A program made the position numbers and the translations under genes. DNA of 64,000 nucleotides, taken from positions 5,427 through 69,426 of the forward strand of contig JAZLFA010000037.1 of NCBI GenBank assembly GCA_045615545.1. Direction: 5' to 3'. This document shows, piece after piece, positions 57,573 to 64,000 of this stretch. The notes below the pieces were generated by a model. That model saw only the letters and a program-made list of their open reading frames with translations, was not told where the DNA came from and ran no database searches. Position 1 is the first letter of the stretch. Each line of letters starts with the position of its first letter. This stretch comes from Bacilli bacterium. GTDB lineage: Bacteria; Bacillota_I; Bacilli_A; RFN20; CAG-826.

Positions 57573-57874
57573 TAAAATCCTAAACCACCAGTTCTTCCGG
57601 TGACACTTTCTTGTATTGCGTCTTCTTCAGCATTGATTTTTGCTACTAATTCATCAATTGCCATCATGATCATTTCTTCAACCATTTCTTTATCTTCTTT
57701 TGTAAAGACTTCTTCTGCAATTGTTACTTCTTGGACTGATTTATCACCAGTCATTTTTAAAGTGACGACACCGCCTTTTACAACAGTAAATTCTTTCTTA
57801 TGAAGCTCTTCTTGCTTTTTTTGTATTTCTCTTTGCATTTTTTGAGCTTGCATCATCATTTGTTGCATATTCAT
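57572..57874 (-). CDS. ybaB: Nucleoid-associated protein YbaB/EbfC
   Basis: 100 aa. Conserved dnaX - ybaB - recR trio. Confidence 0.85.
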   Translation of the reverse strand: MNMQQMMMQAQKMQREIQKKQEELHKKEFTVVKGGVVTLKMTGDKSVQEVTIAEEVFTKEDKEMVEEMIMMAIDELVAKINAEEDAIQESVTGRTGGLGF

Positions 57875-57879
57875 AGAAG

Positions 57880-59580
57880 TTATTCCTCCTCAAATTCTAA
57901 TTGCACTTGATTTGCTTTTGGTAATTTAGATATTTCTAAAAGATTGCGATAAACTCCTTGGTAATCGACTGAATCTTTTCGAGATACACCATATATAAAT
58001 ACTTGACGATTAAAAATTGCTTTAATAACTGTTTGCAAACCTTTTTGATTTTCAATTAAATTAACTTTTTCTGCCATCTTTGGAAGCGGATATTCAAGCA
58101 CCAACATATTGTTTGATGCAACAAGTGGGTGGGCATCAATTAATAATGTGGCATACTTTCCTAAGGTCGCGTGAGCTGCTAAGCGTTTAATGTTTTTCCA
58201 ATCTTCTAAGAAATTGTTTTTAATATCTTTCTTACTTGTAACCATGACTTTAATCATAGTGTCTTGATTTATTTTATAGGATGCTCCTTCAGTAGCGCCT
58301 TTAAGTTTTACAATATGCTCAACTTCCTCAATATTATCTTTTATTTCTGGAATCGGATCATCTTTGATTTCATCGATGTTTGTTTTTTCTACTAAAGTGG
58401 GTTCTGGTTTTACATAAATAGGTTTTGGTTCTACTTTAGGCGTAACTGTTTTTTGTTCTTGAGTAAATAAAGGTTTTTCTTGTTCAACTGTTTTTGTAAC
58501 GTTTGGTTTTGTTGCCGCTAAACGAAGAATGGTGATTTGGAATATTGGGTTGATGTCAGAAACATTTTTGTATTCTTTTAAGGCATTTAATAAAATGCTT
58601 ATCATTTCATTGATTTGATTAACTTCAAGTTCATTAGCGAGCGATTGTGCTTCTTGCTCATTTAATGTCTCAAAGAAGGAAGTTTGTTTAGTAACTAAAT
58701 ATACCAAAACATCTTTTAAAATTTTTAATAAATCATTAGTTAGCCTTTTAATATCCGAACCTTTGGTTACATAACGATTAATCTTTTCCATTACCGACAC
58801 AGTGTCACCTTCTGCAATGGCAGAGATTAATGAAATTTTTTCATCTTTTGATTCTAAAGCAAAAATATCCAAGATATCTTGTTCTTTTAATGTATTGCCA
58901 GAATAAGCTAATACTTGATCAAGGATAGATAAAGCATCTCTCATTCCGCCATCGCAAAGCGAGATAATTAAATTAACAGCCTCTTCGTTATATGAAACAT
59001 CTTCTTTTTCTAGGACAAATTTAAGACGTTCTCTAATGTCTTCTTCTGCGACTTTTGTAAAGTCATATCTTTGACATCTTGATAAGATGGTTGGTAAAAC
59101 TTCGTGTGGCTCTGTTGTTGCCAAAATAAAGATTACGTGTTCAGGTGGCTCTTCTAATGTTTTAAGCAAAGCATTAAAAGCCTCAGGGGTTAACATATGT
59201 ACTTCGTCAATGATATATACTTTGTATCTACCTAAAATGGTAGCGTATTTAACTTTTTCAATTAAATCTTTAATTTCATTAATGCCACGATTACTAGCAG
59301 CATCGATTTCTAAAACATCCGGATGGGTTCCATCGATAATTGCTTTACAGTTTTTGCATTCGTTACATTGATGTCCAATGCCCTCTTCACAGTTCAAGGC
59401 TTTTGCTACTAATTTTGCCATTGTTGTTTTGCCTGTTCCGCGTGGGCCAGTAAACAAATATGCATGCGCTAGCTTCCCAGTTGAAAGAGCGTTACGAATT
59501 GTTTTAACAATGTGTTGTTGACCCGCAACTTCATCAAATGTCGATGGACGATATGTTCTATATAATGCTTTGTATGACAT
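57880..59580 (-). CDS. dnaX: DNA polymerase III subunit tau/gamma
   Basis: 566 aa. N-terminus MSYKALYRTYRPSTFDEVAGQQHIV. Walker A GPRGTGKTT. Zinc module. No SD within 20 nt upstream. TGTATAAT lies 17 nt upstream. Confidence 0.9.
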   Translation of the reverse strand: MSYKALYRTYRPSTFDEVAGQQHIVKTIRNALSTGKLAHAYLFTGPRGTGKTTMAKLVAKALNCEEGIGHQCNECKNCKAIIDGTHPDVLEIDAASNRGINEIKDLIEKVKYATILGRYKVYIIDEVHMLTPEAFNALLKTLEEPPEHVIFILATTEPHEVLPTILSRCQRYDFTKVAEEDIRERLKFVLEKEDVSYNEEAVNLIISLCDGGMRDALSILDQVLAYSGNTLKEQDILDIFALESKDEKISLISAIAEGDTVSVMEKINRYVTKGSDIKRLTNDLLKILKDVLVYLVTKQTSFFETLNEQEAQSLANELEVNQINEMISILLNALKEYKNVSDINPIFQITILRLAATKPNVTKTVEQEKPLFTQEQKTVTPKVEPKPIYVKPEPTLVEKTNIDEIKDDPIPEIKDNIEEVEHIVKLKGATEGASYKINQDTMIKVMVTSKKDIKNNFLEDWKNIKRLAAHATLGKYATLLIDAHPLVASNNMLVLEYPLPKMAEKVNLIENQKGLQTVIKAIFNRQVFIYGVSRKDSVDYQGVYRNLLEISKLPKANQVQLEFEEE

Positions 59581-59711
59581 AGATTCTAGTTTTGATTATA
59601 CAGTAAACTGGCTTGAGTATAAAGCATTAATATTTATTATATTAAGAAGTTATTTATTTCTTTTTCTATTTTTGTAAATATGCTAAAATTACAACGTTTT
59701 AGGTACATTTT

Positions 59712-60788
59712 ATGGAAGAAAGTATGAAAAACCGCTTAATTGCGGCTGAAAAAAGATTAAAGGAATTAGACGAAGAACTTCTTGATGAAAACGTTACTCG
59801 TGATATTAAACGTTTTAGAGAACTTTCAAAGGAAAGAAGTTATTTAGATGAACAAGTCGAAGCTTTCCATAAATATAACAAAATTGTCTCTGATTTAGCT
59901 GATGCCCGCGAGATGGCACATGATTCTGACCCTGAACTATCAGAAATGGGAAAAGAAGAAGCTAAAAGATTAGAACAAGAAGAAATAAAAACTTTGGAAG
60001 AAATAACTGAATTGCTTTTACCACGCGATCCTAATGATGATAAAAATATCATTGTAGAAATTAGAGGCGCTGCTGGTGGAGATGAAGCAAATATTTTTGC
60101 TGGCGATTTATTTAGAATGTATACAAGATATGCCGAAACACAAGGTTGGAAGATACAAATGGTTGATGAAAACCCTTCTGAAGCCGGAGGTTTTGCGATG
60201 GTCTCGTTTATGATAAAAGGCGATAGCGTTTATTCAAAAATGAAGTTCGAAAGTGGTGCACATCGTGTTCAAAGAGTTCCTAAGACTGAGGCTTCTGGTA
60301 GAATTCATACAAGTACCGCTACCGTATTAGTGATGCCTGAAGTGGAAGAAATTGACGTTCAAATTAATCCTAATGATTTACAAGTTGATACTTATCACTC
60401 ACAAGGAGCTGGCGGACAAAACGTTAACAAAACTGAATCTGCCGTAAGAATTACCCATTTACCTACTGGAATCGTTGTTGCTTGCCAAACTGAAAAATCT
60501 CAAATTCAAAATAGAGAGATTGCTATGCAAATGCTTAGAGCAAAGATTTATTCTACCTTGCTTGAAAAGCAACAAGAAGAAATTGGTAATGAAAGAAGAT
60601 TAAAAATCGGCACTGGCGAACGTTCGGAAAAAATAAGAACTTATAACTATCCACAAAATAGAGTTACTGATCATCGAATTGGTTTTACTATTCAAAAGTT
60701 AGATCGTGTCATGGAAGGAGATATCCAAGAAGTACTCGATGCACTAATTCATTATGATCAACAAATGAAAATTGCTGGTGAACAATAA
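59712..60788 (+). CDS. prfA: Peptide chain release factor 1
   Basis: 358 aa. GGQ motif (SQGAGGQNVNKTESAVRITH). PxT-type recognition region. Confidence 0.9.
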   Translation: MEESMKNRLIAAEKRLKELDEELLDENVTRDIKRFRELSKERSYLDEQVEAFHKYNKIVSDLADAREMAHDSDPELSEMGKEEAKRLEQEEIKTLEEITELLLPRDPNDDKNIIVEIRGAAGGDEANIFAGDLFRMYTRYAETQGWKIQMVDENPSEAGGFAMVSFMIKGDSVYSKMKFESGAHRVQRVPKTEASGRIHTSTATVLVMPEVEEIDVQINPNDLQVDTYHSQGAGGQNVNKTESAVRITHLPTGIVVACQTEKSQIQNREIAMQMLRAKIYSTLLEKQQEEIGNERRLKIGTGERSEKIRTYNYPQNRVTDHRIGFTIQKLDRVMEGDIQEVLDALIHYDQQMKIAGEQ

Positions 60789-61597
60789 TGCCTACTATTA
60801 GAGAAATATTCTTCTCTTTAAAAAAAGAAAATAATAAATATTTAAACGATAGTGTTATAAAGACGCTCCTTAGTTATTTAGGGGGCTTTTCATTTGAAGA
60901 TTTTCCGTTCCATTTGGATGATCAATTTTGTAACGACAAACTCTATATAAAAGTAGAAGAAATTAAAGAAGGAAAACCTATCCAATATGTGACTAATGAC
61001 GCAACGTTTTTAGGTAATCATTTTTACGTTGACTCAAGCGTATTAATTCCGCGCCAAGAAACCGAACAACTTGTGCTTGACATAATTAAACAAAATCACT
61101 TTAAAAATCCAAAAATACTTGATATCGGTACTGGTAGTGGATGTATTGCAATATCTTTAAAAAAACAACTAAATTGCGAGTGTTTTGCATTGGATATTTC
61201 AAAAGAGGCATTAAAAATTGCAGAAATAAATGCAAAATTAAATGGGACAAAAGTAGAATTTATCGAAAGCGATGTTTTTGACTCAATTCCACTAGAAATG
61301 AAGTTTGATATTATTGTCTCAAATCCACCTTATATTAAGGATGAAAGCACCGTTGATAAATCGACGTTAAAATATGAACCTCACATTGCTTTATTTGCTA
61401 AGCCACAAACCTATTTTTATGAAAAGATTTTTATTCAATCCAAGCAACATTTAAATAAACAATTTTTATTAGCTTTTGAAATAGAAGAAAACATGGAAAA
61501 ACAACTATGTGAACTGGGACGAATATACTTTCCTGGTCGTAACATTATTTTTACGAAAGATATGTATGGCAAGACTAGATTTATGTATATAATGTAG
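60788..61597 (+). CDS. prmC: Release-factor glutamine N5-methyltransferase PrmC (HemK)
   Basis: 269 aa. SAM motif LDIGTGSG. NPPY motif. Overlaps the prfA stop. Confidence 0.8.
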   Translation: MPTIREIFFSLKKENNKYLNDSVIKTLLSYLGGFSFEDFPFHLDDQFCNDKLYIKVEEIKEGKPIQYVTNDATFLGNHFYVDSSVLIPRQETEQLVLDIIKQNHFKNPKILDIGTGSGCIAISLKKQLNCECFALDISKEALKIAEINAKLNGTKVEFIESDVFDSIPLEMKFDIIVSNPPYIKDESTVDKSTLKYEPHIALFAKPQTYFYEKIFIQSKQHLNKQFLLAFEIEENMEKQLCELGRIYFPGRNIIFTKDMYGKTRFMYIM

Positions 61598-61604
61598 TTA
61601 GGCT

Positions 61605-62201
61605 ATGGATAATAACATTTTACTTGCATGTAAAGCTTTACAAAATCACGGTGTTATCTCGTTTCCAACTGATACGGTAATGGGTTTAGGTGTGGTATAT
61701 GATGATTTTGTTGCCTACACAAAATTAAACAAAGTTAAACGACGTCCAGAATCTAAACCATATTCAATGATGGTTGCAAGAAAAGAAGATATTGATAAGT
61801 ATGCCGAGATATCTATTGCGGCAAAATTAATAATTGATAAATATTTACCGGGCCCTCTTACAATTCTGGTGAAGGCGAAAGCCAATATTCCTGGCTATGT
61901 TACTCATAATACTGGCATAATTGGCATTAGGGTTGCCCCTACAGAAGAATTGACGAATTTAATAACGTTAGTTGAAAAACCATTATTGGTTCCAAGCGCC
62001 AATATAAGTGGCGAAAAACCTGCATTAAACGCAACTGAAGTTAAAGAAATATTTGGGGACGAAATTGATTTTGTCCTTGAGGGAGAAGCGCATATTGGTA
62101 AGGCAACAACGATTGTGAGTTTATCGAATGAAAAACCTGAATTAATTCGTGAAGGACCTGTTGATTTTATTGATATAGTTAGAACGGCAAAAGGAGAATA
62201 A
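61605..62201 (+). CDS. tsaC: L-threonylcarbamoyladenylate synthase (YrdC/Sua5 family, YwlC-like)
   Basis: 198 aa. YrdC fold. prfA - prmC - ywlC synteny. Confidence 0.75.
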   Translation: MDNNILLACKALQNHGVISFPTDTVMGLGVVYDDFVAYTKLNKVKRRPESKPYSMMVARKEDIDKYAEISIAAKLIIDKYLPGPLTILVKAKANIPGYVTHNTGIIGIRVAPTEELTNLITLVEKPLLVPSANISGEKPALNATEVKEIFGDEIDFVLEGEAHIGKATTIVSLSNEKPELIREGPVDFIDIVRTAKGE

Positions 62202-62202
62202 A

Positions 62203-62634
62203 ATGAAGATTGTAATTGGATGTGATCATGGTGGATATGAGCTCAAAAAAGCTGTAATTTCCGCATTAAATGCGCAAAACTTTGACATTTTAGATGTTGG
62301 AACAAATTCGAATGAAAGTGTGGATTATCCTGATTTTGCTGTTTTAGCATGTGAAAAGATTATTAAAAACGAAGCAATGTTTGGTGTGTTAATTTGTACC
62401 ACCGGAGAAGGTATTTCAATAACCGCAAATAAAATTAAAGGTATTCGTTGTGGTATTGGTTATAATGACGACGTTGCTAGCTTGATGCGAAAACACAATA
62501 ACGCTAATGTGATTGCTTTTGGAGCAAAATATACAACTATCGAAGAAGCGATAAAAAGAATAATGATATTTATTAGTACTGAGTTTGAAGGCGGACGTCA
62601 CGAGAGACGTGTTAACAAAATCAACTCCCTATAA
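62203..62634 (+). CDS. rpiB: Ribose-5-phosphate isomerase B
   Basis: 143 aa. RpiB/LacAB fold (KIVIGCDHGG). Confidence 0.85.
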   Translation: MKIVIGCDHGGYELKKAVISALNAQNFDILDVGTNSNESVDYPDFAVLACEKIIKNEAMFGVLICTTGEGISITANKIKGIRCGIGYNDDVASLMRKHNNANVIAFGAKYTTIEEAIKRIMIFISTEFEGGRHERRVNKINSL

Positions 62635-62672
62635 TTTTTATAAAAGTTCTCTTGTTTTGTGTATATATAAGT

Positions 62673-63857
62673 ATGGAGAACTTTTTTGTTTGCCCAATTT
62701 GTGGGAATAAGGATGTTAAATATATTGGATATAGGAATAATCATCCTTATTGCAGACGATGTTTGCAGTTTCAAGGTCAAGAGGTGGTTGGAGATGTATC
62801 TTACCCCAAAAACGCACCATATAAACTTGAATATGACTTATCAAAAGAACAGAAAGAATTGTCTGATATTTTAGTTGAAAACTATAAAAAGGGGATAAAT
62901 ACATTGGTTCACGCTGTTTGTGGCAGCGGAAAGACCGAAATAGTGTTGGAAGTGATTAAATATGCTGTTTCCTGTGGTGATAGAGTTGGCTTTGCTATTC
63001 CACGAAGAGATGTGGTTATTGAAATACAAGAAAGAATAAGTAATATTTTCAACAAAAATAAAGTGATTGCAGTTTATGGTGGGCATAACGAAGAGCTTGA
63101 AGGTGATATCGTTATTCTTACAAGCCACCAATTGTTTCGTTATTATAATTACTTTGATTTATTAATAATGGATGAGATTGATGCCTTTCCATTTAGGGGA
63201 AATGATTTGTTGAATACATTTTTTGAACGTTCCATAAAAAATAAATACATTATGATGTCTGCGACACCCTATCAAGATGTTATTGATAAATTTTCAAAAG
63301 ATGGGAATCAAATTGTAGAACTGTTTTCGCGTTTTCATAAACATCCATTGCCGGTTCCGAGTATTAAAAGAGGCATATCATTCTTAAAATACGCAATTCT
63401 ATACGATGAAATGAGAAGATTCTTAAAAGACTCAAAAAAAGTTTTTGTATTTGCGCCAACGATAGAAATATGTGAAGAAATTTTTTCATTTTTGTCACTT
63501 AGGTTTAGAGGTGGCAACTACGTTCATTCCAAAAATAAATTTAGGCAACAAATAATTGCTGATTTTAAGCAAGGAAAATATCGTTATTTGGTTACTACAG
63601 CTGTTTTAGAAAGAGGCGTAACATTTAAAGATCTTCAAGTAATTGTTTTAAAAGCTGATCACAATGTGTATGATTCGCGCGCTTTGATTCAAATTGCAGG
63701 GAGAGTTGGAAGGAAAAAGGATGCGCCAGAAGGGGAGGTGATTTTCATTGTTGAAAAATCGAATATTGAAATTGAAAAATGTATCAATGAAATTAAACGA
63801 GCCAATGCGAGTTTGCAAGATATGCTTTCAAGAGATAAAACCAATGAGTTTGCATAG
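62673..63857 (+). CDS. comFA: ComFA-like superfamily-2 DNA helicase/translocase with N-terminal zinc ribbon
   Basis: CPICGN...CRRC zinc ribbon. Walker A CGSGKT. DEID box. C-terminal helicase motifs (QIAGRVGR). The ATG at 62673 is preferred over the ORF-track TTG at 62652. Confidence 0.7.
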   Translation: MENFFVCPICGNKDVKYIGYRNNHPYCRRCLQFQGQEVVGDVSYPKNAPYKLEYDLSKEQKELSDILVENYKKGINTLVHAVCGSGKTEIVLEVIKYAVSCGDRVGFAIPRRDVVIEIQERISNIFNKNKVIAVYGGHNEELEGDIVILTSHQLFRYYNYFDLLIMDEIDAFPFRGNDLLNTFFERSIKNKYIMMSATPYQDVIDKFSKDGNQIVELFSRFHKHPLPVPSIKRGISFLKYAILYDEMRRFLKDSKKVFVFAPTIEICEEIFSFLSLRFRGGNYVHSKNKFRQQIIADFKQGKYRYLVTTAVLERGVTFKDLQVIVLKADHNVYDSRALIQIAGRVGRKKDAPEGEVIFIVEKSNIEIEKCINEIKRANASLQDMLSRDKTNEFA

Positions 63858-64000
63858 TTTTTTACACAAAAACCAAGTTATTTGTGATAAATGCTTTTTA
63901 AAATTTAAACCTAAATTTAGAAGATTTATAGTTGATGGAATTAAAGGCTTATCCCTTTATGATTATGACGATACAATACAGTCTCTCTTATATCAATTTA
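63844..64000 (+). CDS. comFC: ComFC-like phosphoribosyltransferase-domain competence protein, N-terminal fragment (runs off the window end)
   Basis: MSLHSFLHKNQVICDKCFLKF... The N-terminal Cys-rich start is typical of ComFC. The ATG overlaps the comFA stop. Confidence 0.55.
   Translation, partial: MSLHSFLHKNQVICDKCFLKFKPKFRRFIVDGIKGLSLYDYDDTIQSLLYQF

Overview
Low-GC, standard-code (TGA = stop) Firmicutes-type chromosomal replication-origin region (Bacilli / Erysipelotrichia / Acholeplasma-like gene order). The centre of the window holds dnaA (14956-16326, -) with DnaA-box clusters on both sides of it (a bipartite oriC). Left of the origin lies the canonical minus-strand array dnaN - yaaA(S4) - recF - gyrB - gyrA. 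It is followed by a GT4 glycosyltransferase, serS, an unannotated small SRP RNA, tadA, a P-type ATPase, psuG, a TetR regulator and a membrane protein. Right of the origin lie rpmH - rnpA - yidC - jag - mnmE, then tatD - rnmV - ksgA - ispE - glcK, all on the plus strand. The rest of the window is mostly housekeeping and central metabolism. This includes ppdK, birA, hpt - upp - prs, and a minus-strand operon pckA - oadA - oadG-like - biotin carrier - oadB that encodes a Na+-pumping oxaloacetate decarboxylase. It also includes a Na/Pi-cotransporter/PhoU fusion, an FGGY kinase, and a lagging-strand block rsmI - yaaT - holB - tmk - recR - ybaB - dnaX. The window ends with prfA - prmC - tsaC - rpiB - comFA - comFC. 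The least ordinary stretch is 39.3-53.6 kb. It contains a heterodimeric ABC exporter and a TetR gene, divergent from an operon of ATP-grasp ligase - DUF3737 beta-helix protein - RimK-like ATP-grasp ligase - RluD-like pseudouridine synthase, with a 51-codon SD-bearing ORF overlapping its end (candidate ligase / graspetide-like system). Next come a DUF1538 double-domain membrane protein with two tandem PII-like signal proteins, and a 1061-aa YfhO-like membrane protein. No rRNA, tRNA, CRISPR, IS or prophage signatures were seen. All functional calls are by eye from motifs and synteny; no database search was run.
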